From Diplonema japonicum (taxonomy: Eukaryota; Protista; Euglenozoa: Diplonemea), in contig OZ025665.1 in NCBI GenBank assembly GCA_964019335.1, forward strand, positions 186,001 through 250,000: 64,000 bases of DNA, in the 5' to 3' direction. Under the pieces are notes generated by a model. It was not told the DNA's origin, searched no databases, and saw only the letters and a list, made by a program, of their open reading frames with translations. The translations under genes were made by a program, and so were the position numbers. The number at the start of each line of letters is the position of its first letter. The stretch's first letter is position 1. This document shows positions 47,414 through 60,800 of the stretch, one piece after another.

Positions 47414-48474
47414 TCATTTCCCTTCAGGAAACTGTGCACCTCGCTTTCCAAGAAGCAGGTCAGAGACGTATCTAGGAGAATCGAGGCCAGAGGGCGGCTC
47501 GAAGAGGGAAGGGTCTAAGGGATGGTAGAAGTAAAACAGGCCCTGTTTGAACTCGGAGTTTGGGATCTGCAAAAAAAGAAAATTTTTTTTTAAAAAAAAC
47601 CCACCACCATACCCTGTCAAACACTGCTAAGTGCAGCCTGATGTACTGAACCAAGGTGTACCAAGCAAACATCGGGACCTCCTCCCTGTGTTCAAAAGGC
47701 GAGTTGCGGTAAAGAGCGTAGAAGAGAAGGGCATCACGGTACTGGCAATCGGGATGAAAGGCCTCGTCAAGACCACTGAGGTTAGATGAGAATAACTGTA
47801 TGAGGGTTGAGGTTTCTTTCTTCTTTTTTTTTTTTTTTTTTTTTTCTTACCTTTTCTATACGCTGCTGGACAGCAGAGCGCTCCCTGTTCGTGTCGTAGA
47901 TTGTAGCAAGACGCTGCGAGCTGGTATTTGTGTATAGAGAGTGCATTCCTTGCCCGATGGCTGCCGACTCAGGGATCACCCACAATCTTTTTTGGATAAG
48001 CCACATGTGTATTGCCCACAGCCACATCGAGACTTCCAAGTACATCTCCTGGACTCCAAAAAGCACGGCCCAGTCAGGGTTATTTATATGGTTCATTGTA
48101 GTCATCCCCATGCGTGTGCCATAGGTTTTATGTCGGTACTTTGACCCCATCATGTCGATGGCCAGGAATTTTTTTGCGATCCATTCTTTCATTGTTTTGG
48201 GGTTCTGCGGGTGGGTGTAAGGGGGGAAAAGAGGGAGGGGTGTTCATACCTCAATATCGACGTCTTTGAAGTAATCCGGTTTGTTTTCCTTGAAGTACTG
48301 CCGCTGCTCGTTCGCCAGCGCCTGCATCAAATCCCCCCTGTCCACGGTGTCCACCCTCACCTTTCCGAAATCAATCCTGGACACCGACTCCCGCCGCGTT
48401 TCTCCCACCCACCTCTTCCCACCCCTCAGCACCGTCCGCCTCGCAGTACTATTCATAGATTCTCGTAACAGCAT
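47414..48474 (-). CDS. CBP3: Ubiquinol-cytochrome c reductase assembly chaperone CBP3/UQCC1, ~304 aa; exons 48474-48250, 48204-47851, 47795-47613, 47566-47414
   Basis: Arg-rich presequence-like N-terminus. W.IHMWLIQKRL, LSGLDEAF...DALL..ALYRN and LVQYIR.HL..FD match the Cbp3 family. Three GT-AG introns give one continuous frame. Confidence 0.8.
47567..47612 (-). other. 46-nt phase-0 intron (CBP3)
   Basis: AGG|GTATGG...TTGCAG|ATC. Confidence 0.85.
47796..47850 (-). other. 55-nt phase-0 poly-A-rich intron (CBP3)
   Basis: AAG|GTAAGA...ATACAG|TTA. Confidence 0.85.
48205..48249 (-). other. 45-nt phase-0 intron (CBP3)
   Basis: GAG|GTATGA...CCGCAG|AAC. Confidence 0.85.
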
Positions 48475-48729
48475 GTGTTTTTTTTAAAATATTCTTTTCT
48501 TCTTTTTACAAAAATCCTTTTGTTCTACTCTATTTATTTCACGTGCCAAATGAAAAAAAAAGAGAGAGAGAGAAAGGATGCTTTTAAAAAAGGGAACACG
48601 AACTAGACACGTTAAGACACGCTTTCGCGCTCACCAAGTCTTGCGGCTCCTAAAAAAGAAGAAATGAAAATCGATAGAATTCCAGTGGGTGCTCACAAAA
48701 AAATAAGCGGGTGTGTGTAAGTGTTAACA

Positions 48730-51700
48730 TTACTTTTTTTGAAAAGCAAGCCCCTGCGCCGCTTGTGAACTTCGTTTACTCTCAAAAAGGGTTTCCAACA
48801 CGCAAGGATCGCTCACAACCTCCAGAACAGGAGAGGAAAAGGCAGTGAAGAGGAGCTGCACGTGCTGGGCATTGACTTGCTTGATCGTGTCTCGCAACTG
48901 GAAGATGACGACGAGGGGCGACACATAAGGGTCAAGACGCCGCGCCTCAGGCAGAGGTGAAGGGCGGTATTCGCGAAGGCATACCATGTCTGTCTTGGTG
49001 ATGAGCCTATCTGACACGAGCTTGTTTATTGTCATTCTGGAGTGCAATACAGCGATGCCTCGCGCCTTTCTCTGCATGTCATGGTACTGCGATATCTCAA
49101 GCCCCGGTATCGCCTCGCCCTTTCCTTCCTGTAGCAGTCTGTCCCGCATATCCATGTTCAGCACGATCATCCTGTTGCTGACCACGTTCGCCCTCAGCCA
49201 TGCCAAGAACCTCACCACGTTCACCTCGTTTGCTTTGGAGCAGAGCTGAGGGAGGTACTGCCGAACCTCCTTCAGCAACTCGTTTCTCGGGCACTTCGTA
49301 GAACCTTGTGACGTTTCCCGAACAGACTTTACGATTGACTTTTTCAGTGCGACTACTTCTCGTTCCGTGATAGGGTACCTCCTGAGGGTACATGCCGAGG
49401 GGTCCACATCTACGTCACTTATATCATACGAGTCGAGGTTGCAACTCTGCAGTGCCTGCACTCGTCGCTCTATGCATGTCTTGATGATATTATTCGCCAA
49501 TAAGCGGCGCAGCAATTCCACCACAATTGCCTTGGTGTGCTGCCCGTCGATGAACCATTCCCAGAATATGCTGCGGTCCGGCTCAGCATCGCTCTTGGTT
49601 TTGTTCCTCTTGGTTTTGTTCAGCTGTGCGATGTAAGTCTCTGCCGAGTGCAGGGTTAACGCCGTTCGGGTGTTCCGCACGGTTGCCTTGATCGCCTCAA
49701 GCCCGCCCCAGTCGAACTCACATCTCATCATATCCCTCTTCATCCACCACGCCATGAACGCGGCGCGCAGCAGCCTCGTCCTCTCTCCCTTCACCGTAAC
49801 CACGACAAACCTCATGAAGTCTGCGTGTTTCCGCACGGTGTAAGACCACGCCCTGAAGATCTTGTACAGTCTGAAGTGCACAGTACTCATCACTGCATAC
49901 ACCGGGAATAACATCTTGCGTCGGAAGAGCACCGATCGCAAAGTCAGCAGTATCTTCAGCTGGTTTTCCTCGTGCTTGCGCTGCACCCAGTGGCGGAACG
50001 CTCTCTGCATCAGACGCGTGCTGTGCTTGCACTGGACATGCAGCTTCAACGTGTTCATAGTGATTGACCGTTCAAAGCCCTCCGCCCAGCACCGCCATAT
50101 ACTTTTCGTTAGAGTGCTGCGGTACAGCTCCGTTGCCCTCCCGTGGTTCACACGGCGTATCAGCACGTCAAAGCACCACCTCTGCAGCCTATCGTTCTTC
50201 TTCTGCAAGTAGTTGCTGGCTATGTCGTCCAGCTTCCTCTTGAACCTTACTTCCTCCGCATGCTCGGCCAGTGCATACAAGCACACCCTACACCTATGCC
50301 GCATCAGGAACCCCTTCGTACGTGCGGAGAGGCTGCACTCCTTTTGGTACTCGAGGTACCACGCGTCCCACTGCAGCAGCACAGCTTCACCGTAGAACAG
50401 GTCTACGGGCGGTGTCTCGAGGATGCGCTCGACCTTTGTGTACCTCTTCCACACGACAAAAGTCTTCCACTGTGTCACGCGAGTGAGCGCAGTTCCTAAT
50501 CTGATGATGGCAGCGAGCTTCGCGTCGTTGACGGAGGTGAGGTACACCTGCCACGTGTCCCAAGTCTTGCGCATGTAGCGGCGGCGGTTCCAAGGCCGCC
50601 ACAACGACTCAACTCGCCACTGTCTGAACTTCTCCTGCAGCTGTTTGAAGGTCCACTCTTTCTCGCATAACTGAAGTCTGGCTTCCCGTTTCTCTTCGCA
50701 CAACCTTGCACGAATGGCCGTCGACCATCGTCGCACCTTCATGGTGAGGAATATCAGTGTCTCATCAGACAACAACAGCTCGTTCAACATTACCGGGGAG
50801 GGGGCTTTAGGAGGCTTTGGAGTTTCAAGCTGTTCACCGTTCACCTCTACTTTTGCGGGCGGGACTGGCAAAATGAGTGCCTCTGCAGTGTCTTTTCTCT
50901 CCGACCTTATGAGTGGCTTCTTGAGACCTACGCTGGGCCTGACGCTGGTTCTTCTCGCTCGCATTGTGTGCAAAATGTCGAAGAGGTCTTCCCGCAACTG
51001 CTCGTCCAATCGCATGCCGTGCATCGTGATGACTGTCTCCTTCAGAAACCTATCGGGCTCGTCAAACAACGCCATCCCTGGCTTGCTGTACCCTGCGGCG
51101 AGCGGTGAGCAGGGGACATTCTCTGCAGCCTGCTGCTTAATACTTTCTGGCATTATTAGAGGACTAACATGAACCACGTGTTGCTTCGGCTTAGAGATAA
51201 AGGCACTGTGCTCCCAGAAACAACCCTCATGTTTAGGCCGCTCAGGTGGTTTTGGGACTACTCTGGCTAGAGGGGCTACGTTTTCAACAGCACAACGGCG
51301 TTGTCCTCGTTCAGGCGCACGTCTCTCTGTGTGCAGGACGCGACCCTCTCTGCACATGAATTTAAATACACCCCACGAAGCGACACAGCCCGAAATACAC
51401 AGGAGCACTGAAGGGCACAAACGCGATCCAGCGCTGTAGAGGGGCTCGACCCTTCCATACACATGGACAGATACCTCAGATGGGGGTTCGGGAGTTGGCA
51501 CGGATGATGGAGGCGCAGGTACGTGCCCCACGTAACTCGCACCCCACACCTGTGTGCTCTCCTGTCTTTGTGCTGTCCCGACCTTCTTGACCTTTTCTCT
51601 TGCTTTACCCTTCCACGATACCTGTGGCCTGACGCACACATTCTCCAAAGCCACCCTCTGCTCTCTCTCAGTGTACCACCCTTCAAGCCGCGTGGGCAAC

Positions 51701-51762
51701 ATGTACCTATCCATCTCATGAGTACAAGCACCTAATCTTGCCTGTGGTGATAAATGTGTCAA
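48730..51762 (-). CDS. Basic helical protein with Sfi1-like (centrin-binding type) repeats; 5' structure uncertain
   Basis: 1010-codon ORF. Repeats LQEKFRQW, MRKTWDTW, WKTFVVW, LTKSIWRCW, LMQRAFRHW, LYKIFRAW and LLRAAFMAW fit L...F..W. The listed start is TTG, so the real start is probably downstream. Confidence 0.55.
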   Translation of the reverse strand: MTHLSPQARLGACTHEMDRYMLPTRLEGWYTEREQRVALENVCVRPQVSWKGKAREKVKKVGTAQRQESTQVWGASYVGHVPAPPSSVPTPEPPSEVSVHVYGRVEPLYSAGSRLCPSVLLCISGCVASWGVFKFMCREGRVLHTERRAPERGQRRCAVENVAPLARVVPKPPERPKHEGCFWEHSAFISKPKQHVVHVSPLIMPESIKQQAAENVPCSPLAAGYSKPGMALFDEPDRFLKETVITMHGMRLDEQLREDLFDILHTMRARRTSVRPSVGLKKPLIRSERKDTAEALILPVPPAKVEVNGEQLETPKPPKAPSPVMLNELLLSDETLIFLTMKVRRWSTAIRARLCEEKREARLQLCEKEWTFKQLQEKFRQWRVESLWRPWNRRRYMRKTWDTWQVYLTSVNDAKLAAIIRLGTALTRVTQWKTFVVWKRYTKVERILETPPVDLFYGEAVLLQWDAWYLEYQKECSLSARTKGFLMRHRCRVCLYALAEHAEEVRFKRKLDDIASNYLQKKNDRLQRWCFDVLIRRVNHGRATELYRSTLTKSIWRCWAEGFERSITMNTLKLHVQCKHSTRLMQRAFRHWVQRKHEENQLKILLTLRSVLFRRKMLFPVYAVMSTVHFRLYKIFRAWSYTVRKHADFMRFVVVTVKGERTRLLRAAFMAWWMKRDMMRCEFDWGGLEAIKATVRNTRTALTLHSAETYIAQLNKTKRNKTKSDAEPDRSIFWEWFIDGQHTKAIVVELLRRLLANNIIKTCIERRVQALQSCNLDSYDISDVDVDPSACTLRRYPITEREVVALKKSIVKSVRETSQGSTKCPRNELLKEVRQYLPQLCSKANEVNVVRFLAWLRANVVSNRMIVLNMDMRDRLLQEGKGEAIPGLEISQYHDMQRKARGIAVLHSRMTINKLVSDRLITKTDMVCLREYRPSPLPEARRLDPYVSPLVVIFQLRDTIKQVNAQHVQLLFTAFSSPVLEVVSDPCVLETLFESKRSSQAAQGLAFQKK

Positions 51763-51807
51763 GAAAGTGCTTGATGGTATTCACTGTTTGAGGACGGAGG
51801 GGGAAGG

Positions 51808-54800
51808 TCACACTACCGGAAGGCAGATGACGATAAATAGGTAAAAACTGAACAAATGGCAGGCCGCCGAATCGATGGCGACATCCTCGACAAAAAGCAA
51901 AGTAGTGGTGCGGGTGGGAAGGGTGAGGGAGTGCTCATACGGGACAGCATAAGGTGCAGGGGAAGAAGAGAAGGTAAAAGAGGTGAACTGCAACACGGAG
52001 AGTGGGCCTGTGCAGGAGCCTGCAGCACATGACCTAATGTTGCTCTGAATCTTGGACTCAAGAGTCTTGACTAACTCTGCGGACGTGTCAGAAAGGGGTA
52101 CTCCAGGGGTTTTATCCTGCTCGGAAAGCAGCAGGTAAAAATCTATAACCACACCCTGGCTTTCCAAGACGTTGCTTTCACGCTGTCCTGCGACTCCCCC
52201 AATGCACTGCACCCCCTGACTGTTGCAAATAAGATCTATGTACACACTGGCGGGATTCAAGCCCACAACGTTCGCAACCGCATTCTTAAACAGTGCCACA
52301 TCCACCTTGTTGGGTGTATTCCATGTGGCAACACCGACCTGCATCACAGCAGATGCCTCACTACTACTCCCGTTGGCCACTTCGATGCCGACAGAGACTT
52401 CGCGGACACCGTCTGAGAACGTGGCCGTAACCAATCCTGGCACTAAAGGCGTCACCTCGAAGACAGCCACACCGTTAACGGTCTGCTGCCGTGCGCCATT
52501 GGTCCAGTCAAGTGTGTTCCATGCATCTGTGGTACCCGTAATGTAGCTGCTGTTGTCGCCCACCACGACACTCCCCTCAGCCGTCACCACCGACACCTCC
52601 AACATCATCACCCGCCACACAACAGCACTCTTCACACTGACACGTAACCCCGCTATTTCCTCTACTGTCACATCTACGTGCAGCCCTTCAAAAAATGGTG
52701 TTGATAGCACTGTGAGCGCCACACTGCCCTTGGCCGTCGAGGTGGCTTCAAACGACGCAACTGAGCCGATCATTTGCTGACACCCTTCCCTCAGAACGAC
52801 AGCCCCTTCGCTCACCACACACACCAGCGGCCCATACCACTGTGCAGAGCTGTGCTCTCCATGCTCGTTAGCCGCCTGCAGACGAAGGGTGATATCAGCA
52901 CCCACTACATAGTAAAGAGGGATGTATCCGAATGTCAGCTTCTGTGGCACAGCGACTGCCTGTACAAGAACATCCGCATTACCATTCCCCCCCATCACAG
53001 CTGCTCGCAGCGTGTTGTACGTTGCACTGCTTGAGAAGCTCACAATAAAAAAAGCCCTGCCGTCAGCCATGGACGCGCAAATCTCGCTATCATGGAGCGT
53101 TACACCTGATAGACACACAGTGCCCATACCGCTAAGCTGACCGGCGACGTCACGTGCCACCACTGACACGTTGTAGGGCTGCTTACTAAAAACCACGTGC
53201 ACATCCATCGGATAGTGCCACGAGTGTTCACCTGCCGCTCCGTAGCTAGTTTCCGTCGGGAAGTTCTCAAAAGCAAGCGTGACCTCTATGGCACGAATCG
53301 CCCTGGCCTCCGGTATCTTCAGGAGCGTTTCCGATGTGTTGTGAACCGTGATATTCACATCACCTGGTGGCAGTCCGAGATATACAGTCCCGACTCCTGA
53401 TTCAAGCTGCACGGTATAGTTCTTCTCCACGTGCTCCATTTGTGCAAAGACGCTGATCACTAGCTGTGCAGACACCGTTGTATCGGTTTGGTTCTCCGCA
53501 GTGACAGCGGTGAGGGTGTAGAGGTACTGCGTAGTGGCCAACACATCATGTGGTATGAAGCTAGACTGCAGTAGTGTGGCGGTGACCGGCTGCCAGGACA
53601 GCATTATAGACTTGTCACCTACACCATCCATCATCAGTATCGCAGGTATGGTGCATGTGGTGCACTGTTCTGGTATATGGACAACACCCATGCCCAAGGT
53701 CACTTTGATGTGGTAGGCTGAACCTGTCAACTGCACCGTAAGGATGCCTGTGATACCTACGAGTAGTCCTTGATGCTTGATGCTGATGGGAAATATATAG
53801 GGCAGCCTGGTGGGCACGCTGGAAGGGAGTACAAAAGTGAATTCAGGAAGGGAGCCGTTCTGGGGTATCACCTGGGTGCGTGCGACCAGAATGCCTATGA
53901 CAGGACCGCTGGGTGTGTCTACGGTGAGGGTGACTGTGAGCTCAGCTGCGGGTGACAAAAAGGCAAGCGCAACAGACCCTGAGCCCGCACCGATGGTTAA
54001 ATTACTGTGTGTAACCAAAGCAGTGCCATATTCAGGGGAGCTCTTAGTAGTGATGGAATCTGCTGACACGTGTTGGTCTTCGTCGGAAAAGTCACCCCAG
54101 TCATCAGTGACTTGGAAGTGAACAAGCAAGGTACTTTCCACCGTGCGCCACGTAGGCTGTAAAAGGGGTGCTGTAGTGACTATCTTTGAGGGTACTGTGC
54201 GCACCCTTGTAACATGCAGCACACGAGGCATTCCAGATACAGTGATCGCCATCGAGCACCGTTCGCAAGCCCGCATCCACATTAACTTCGCGACGTGCAC
54301 CCCATCCATCCATTTTTGTCCCAAAATCTTTAGAACCCCACCGCACGAACCCCCCACTCCACTCTCTTTCGCTATTGTCACTTTTCTATCGAAAAACCAG
54401 TCGGTATTGTTCACGATATCGGAGGCTGTCAATTTAACGTAAAAGGGCACCCTTGCAGTTACTACCTGCTCTGCTTTAAGCACAAGGTGTGTCGCTCTGG
54501 CTGTGAACGTGAACACTTCGCCGTCTACACCACGCAGGGGCACTCTCACGGGTAACACCTCCCCTTGCCTGGGGATGAATACCATTATCTTACAAGCAAA
54601 GCATGACCTTAAAGCAGTGATTGTGACCTTTCCGTCGGTTTCCATCACTACTGAGATATCCTCGAAGACGGTTGCCGTGGTCATTGTGCCGCTGGACAGC
54701 GGGTGAGCTTCTACATATGCAGTCAACGACTGCAGCGGGTGTGCAAGGATGCTTCCAGGTTGCCCCATTGTGTGAGCAGCATGCAGAGTCACGACATGTG

Positions 54801-57800
54801 GCGCACCGACCACCCACGTCATGTTGAGCACCTCCCAACCACTGAACATGGGGTAACTGGGTGATGCGGGCACCACGTCCCATGACGTATAGATTCGCAC
54901 TCTCTCCGCTAACGAGATGTTTGCAGTGCTCATATAAGAGACAACGAACTGGCATCCAGTGCACTCGCTCTCGTGGACCATGCTCAACACACGTTCGCCA
55001 CCTAAGAGGGGAGTGGTCATGGGGGCTGCCTCACCATCGATGAGCATCGACATGCCACCGCAGCCTACAGTGCTCAACATTCGCACGGCGATCATGTCTG
55101 CATTGGTGCCAATGGCGCCCCTCTCGCTGTCCGTAACGAGAAACCTTAAGGGGTACGGCACACCACGAGCTATTTGCTTGTTAGCAGCCGCGGTGACAGC
55201 GCTGAAGGAGTTAGAAAGAGGGATCGTGGAAACGTGATGTGGGTGCACAATCTGTGGCCACTGGTAAGAAAGATGATCGGTGCGGTGCAAGGGCACATCA
55301 ACACTGAAGTGCCCTACGACTTTCAAAGGCGTCCACGAGATACCACCCTGCCAACTGAGTCCTTGGCTGGTGAGATTAACCAAGAAATTGCCTGAAACAG
55401 AGCTGAACAGCTGGAACGAAGCACTGTAGAGCTGAGGGGACAACCTCTGATCGAGGGTGAGGGGCGCCAAAGAGATGTTAAAAGTAGTCGCGGAGACCTG
55501 CGTGCAGCGTCCTCTGCAAAGGAAAGTATGGGTGGCAGGTGTGCCTCTGAATGTGAGAACCTGGAGAGTAGTGACTAGCGTTGCGTCGAAAGCAAAGGCG
55601 CCAGTCTGGGTGAGGGGGGTCACCGTGATAGGAAGTGACCACGTGGAAACAGACTGAGACAAAGGAAAAGGTGTGAGGGATGTGATATTAGTGGCAGGCG
55701 CAATAGCTGTCACCCAAAAAGAGAGTGTTACGCCATCAGACTCCACAGTGAGGCGGCACTTCACGCAGGAGGACGTCATCGTGAAGTCGAACTGTGTTAC
55801 GCCATTTATCATGTTTCGAGAAGCACCACCGGTGGTAATGTGCAACACCCCCAGTCCATCGATGGTGGAGCTGGGTCCAGCCAGCGTGATTGTCGTATTT
55901 CTTTGATGATTGATCCTGTCACCTAGTACGCCTAGAGCCTCCACAGCAACAAACACGACCCTCCCCGCCTCCATCCGCACCCATCCTTCCTGAATTAAAA
56001 CTAACATGCTTGACATTTCAATGATACGCATGCTGCGTATCACTTGGTAACTATGCACGGTCACTGTCATGTTCGTCTGCAGCACGCGTCCGCCCATGTC
56101 AACGGAGAAGAACACCGCACAACTGTCACAAACAGCAAGAGGTTTGATGCGAAACATCGCTGCAGAATCCCGAAACACGTTCTGCGTTCCTTCCATAGAA
56201 AAAGGGCCTGAAGCAGTGACCCACAACCCCTGCACATGCCGTGTGGGGGTGCCATCCGGTGTACTGAGCCGCACGTCTACCGTAAATGTGTCACCCACAC
56301 CACTATTGGCGTAGGACACATCAGTGGTTAATATCAGTCCGGGCTCGTGTATGGTAATAGGTATCGCAGTACTTTGCGTGCCAGACGGAAGGTGGATGAC
56401 TCTCACAAGGCAGTGTTTGCACGGCAATGTAAAGCGAACTGTCATGTTCGCATACCCGCCAACAAGGGAGGTGTTATGATGCGCCTCATACAGAGCAGTG
56501 CCAAGGGTGTCCGAGGCTGGATACACTGATATCCACAAAGGGCCACTCAGCCAGCGAGCTCTGTCATACTTATCATAGGCTGTCACGGTGAACATTGTAT
56601 CCCCCACAGCCACGGCGTGCCCTGTGGTGACACGGAGATGCAGTCCGCTCAGCGAATGGATGACACCAACAATACATGCCTCTACGTGTCGTGTGGTCAA
56701 GCACACGCTGCACCCATAGCTGCATGTGCCAGACAACATGAGACTCACATTACCATGTCCCCTGTTCAACATGCCACTGCACTCCACACCTACCGTCTCT
56801 GAGTAGCAGCTGATTGGCGTATTCGCTGCTTCACCATATGCGACATCTTGCAAATGCACCGCTACCATGTACACCGTGTCCGCCACTAGGTAGCTGGTTG
56901 TCGTGAGGTTCACGGTCTGCAGTGGCAAATGCTCTTCGTAGCCCCACGTCCTTGCACCGCTTGTTTCAATGGTGCTTATCAGCAGTGGGCTTGACAACTG
57001 GCTCTTCATGCGCAGCCGTAATGTCTTGTTATTTACGTGCAGCTGATAGTCAGCTTGCTTGTCTTCCTCGAAGCGCAATTGCAGTGCAGTGGCGCCCACT
57101 ATCGAAGTGACGATGCACGGGGGAACCTGCATACCCGATGCTGTTTTGCACACTAAGAGCGAGGGAGATGTAATTGTAAATGTTGATTTTGTCAGCACGG
57201 CATCCTTCGCTGCGTCTTGGGAGTAGGCTGTCACAGAAAACCAATCACCGAGGTACATGTCAGCAATGTTGCTGACATGTGTCGCAAGCTCTACAGGACG
57301 GGGGACCAAGGCTGTAGACTGTACTGCATTGCTGTAGATGTCCACAGTCACAACACTGGACACTGCGTGAGACGTGGTTGCGTACAGGTTGCAGGCGCTG
57401 GGACAACGCTGAGTAACTACAACACGAAGCTCCACCACGCCTTGTTGCAGATAGCAGTTCCTTGATAACACCTCAAGTATGCCGCCCACAACAACAACGT
57501 TCACCTCGTCGAAAGCTGACCTTATAACAGTCTCACTAGTGCGCATCACATACTTAACCGTCACGCTGAACACCTCCCCTTGCAAGGCGCGGTCAGTGGA
57601 GCTGCTCACGACCAGTATCTTTTCGCCTTCAGGAACATTGTCCCACGTGTGTCCCAGTGTTTCCCTATTCCCCAACACTATCCAAACACCACCAGGTACC
57701 ATGTTGGTCACTTCTCTCTTGTAGCACACATAGTATTCCTCGGCTGTAACACTCATATTGTATTGAGCCACCACACCTGTTGCAGATACAAAGGAAACAG

Positions 57801-60800
57801 GAACGCCCATGCTACTGCCGCAGAACTGAGCAGATGTTGGCACAAGTCTTAAAGTGTCCGATGCAGCAAGGCTTCCCTGCGGGACGCCGTTTTGTGATGT
57901 GAAGTCATAAAGATGTAGTCCTTTGAACGGGCTGGCCACAAAGGAGAGAGGCGTCTTTTCCATAGAAAAAGAATCAAGAGAGCCTGGGGGAAGTAACCAG
58001 GTACGGAGCGTGCTATGATAGTAACATGTGTGGTACGTTCCCAGTGTGAAAGGCGTCATCATTCTCAGGTATACAGACGTTTCAGATGCATTCACGACGG
58101 CAGCAATCTCGACAGGTGTGGTGGAACAGTCACGGCTGGTGACAAGGACAGCTCTGTCTCTGTCGCTCACATTGGTGCCATGCACACTGACAGCAAGCCC
58201 TGCTGACGTGAGCGCTTCAATACCTGTGAAGACATTTCCGTTGCTTGACAGGTACCTCCCAGAGATAGCTGTCTGCGTTAAGGGTGAGACCTGTACAACT
58301 AATGGCTCGCCAGGGAGGCGAAACAGCACCTCGCTCGCTGCGTCCCACCAACACACCTTCATCCGTTGTCCAACGTTAACATTCAACATCATCACTGTTG
58401 CTACGGCTCTCCTCTGTCCTACCCAGTCGCCGGGCCCAAGGTCAGTGACCTCAAACAGCCGGTTTTTCACGCCTTGTGCGTTGCAAATCTCGGTGTTCGG
58501 TATGAGGTACACTTTGTCACGTCCCGGGTGGGTATCCATCCCTTCCTGCACAAAGACATCAAGCACCAGCATCCCCTTGTACACAACAGGCACTCGAGCA
58601 TGATAGTACGCGTCAAGTGGTTTGACGTAAACAGGCGCACCCACGAGCTGCCAGTTTCCTGTGCCGTACCTGTAGCATACAGAGTAGTGCCGCGTGATAT
58701 TATTCACCGGGAGTTCAAACACGTGGAAGTGCGTTGTCAACTCGTACGAAGACAGCCCTGTGATGGCTGTGTTGGAAATTGCTGTCGTGTGACAAGAGCC
58801 CACGGTGAGCTTGAAGCTGTCCCCGGGTTGCAAGGCGAGGCCGGAGACTGAAATGATACTCATGTTGTGGACGACACCACCTTGCCACAAGGAGGCTTCT
58901 GTGTAGTACGGGGTCGTGGCTGCGTACCGAAGGAGAACTGCAGGAGTGCTTACCGCTGTCCCAAGGTCTATCCAGTTTTTGTTCTCCTGCGCGAAACATA
59001 CGCGCCACCCCCCACTGACCGGCTGCGGGACTGTAAGCGCGGCATACCCCGTAGTAGATAGACTGGTACCGTGCATGTCTGGGTTAACTGCTGATAGCAG
59101 AGAGTAGGCAAAAGCGCGATCGTACGGATCGTGGCAAAGTGACGTGTTAGCAGGGACAAGAAACAGCTTGTCACGACCTTCTTGTGTGTCAAAGATGGCC
59201 TTTGAGGTGCTGACAGTGACCACCGCCCACGTGCCGGCTGTTTTGTCGTCCCACGTCATTTGCATAGCGGGCCTTGGTACAACCATTAGGCGCAACCCGC
59301 CATAACGATCTGCCGCAATATCCCACCCCAAAGGTGTTTCATAACAGACGGTGTACCCCCATTGAGCCACAGGGGGATACTCGAGGTACATCGTGAAGCT
59401 GCTGGTGTTGCCGCTGTCAATAGACCGCAGGTCCACCATGCCCGGGTCCCAGCACCCTAAATCACCCACCACCATCTTTATTCGACCGGTGAAGACCTCG
59501 CTATTGCCTGTTGTGAGGGAGATGGTGAACGGGCCCCAAGTCAAGGTGCGCGTGTCGTGCGTATCAAAGGTGACATTCAATTTGGTGGCATCAGTGACAA
59601 GGACAGTGCCCGCAGCAGACCAGGGCACGGATGGAGCTCCTTGGATGCACACATAGTATTTACCATGTGAAATAGGTACGCGTATTCTAGCTACGGGGTT
59701 GTACACAGTGCTGCTACTGTATGCAGAGTATACCGTGCCTAGGTCCTCTAACTCGTAGGGTGCTCCGAGCGACTGGAAGCAGTCGCCGGACAGGCGAAGT
59801 CGAGATCCACCTTCGCTGAATGGTCTCGTGCTGATTGGGACCAAGCTTTGCACCTCAAAGCTCCTGTAAGCAGCACGGGTGGCCTTTGTGTCTTCCCATA
59901 GGTACTCAGACGCCATTGTCAACAGGCTCTCGGTGTTGCTTGTGAGATTACTCTCGTAAATGAACATCCAACTAGGTACGTGAGTGAAGCCAGTCTTGTC
60001 TCTCCTGGCTGCTAAATCGACACACACACTCCACGACCCCTTTATTGGAGGGAGCATGAGCCACGCATAGGTCGTGTTGCTGTTAGGGTTGATATCCCTT
60101 GCAGGCCGCTCGTTCAGGTCACCGAACACACTCGCCAAGGAGTCCTTCCATGCGAGGTTGTCAAGCACACTTCTTGTGTCTTTTATACCGTCTGTGGCGC
60201 ACAGCTTGCCGTAGGGGACCAGCTTTAGCACGTCACCGAACCATGGAGTGTTGTCCAAGGGGTGTGTGAGAAGAGAATCAGTCGTTACCTTCAGCTTTAT
60301 AAACTCTCCTGCATGTGGGGTTCTCCCTTGCAGCGTGTGCTCCCACCACACCACGTGTCCGGTCGTGTTGTAAACCGTAGTGTTGCTCAGCTCCACCCAT
60401 CCACACATTCCGCAGACCCTTACACACAGTTTGAACTGGAACATCGGTGCCACGAAGGTTGCATATCCCACATCGGCCACCGCATCGCTTCCTATATTGC
60501 TTTCATTGTGATATGCACTCAGGTCCACTACCAGCTGCTGCACACCCGAAACCACCACCACCGCACTCTCGTTACACAAATCACCGCCTCTTGCAAGTTT
60601 CATCCCCGATTCTCCTGACGAAAGGTTCAACAGCATCTGCTCGTATCTTCCCAGTCTGCTTCCTGCTAACCACATCCTCGCCCTGAATTGCGTCCCTGCA
60701 ACGAGCAGATCAGCGCGCTCCATGACCTGACGCTCTATGATCTCTGCACCATACATAACCTCACCCTCTTGGGTGAAGGAAGAAGTGCCTGTCTCTGATA

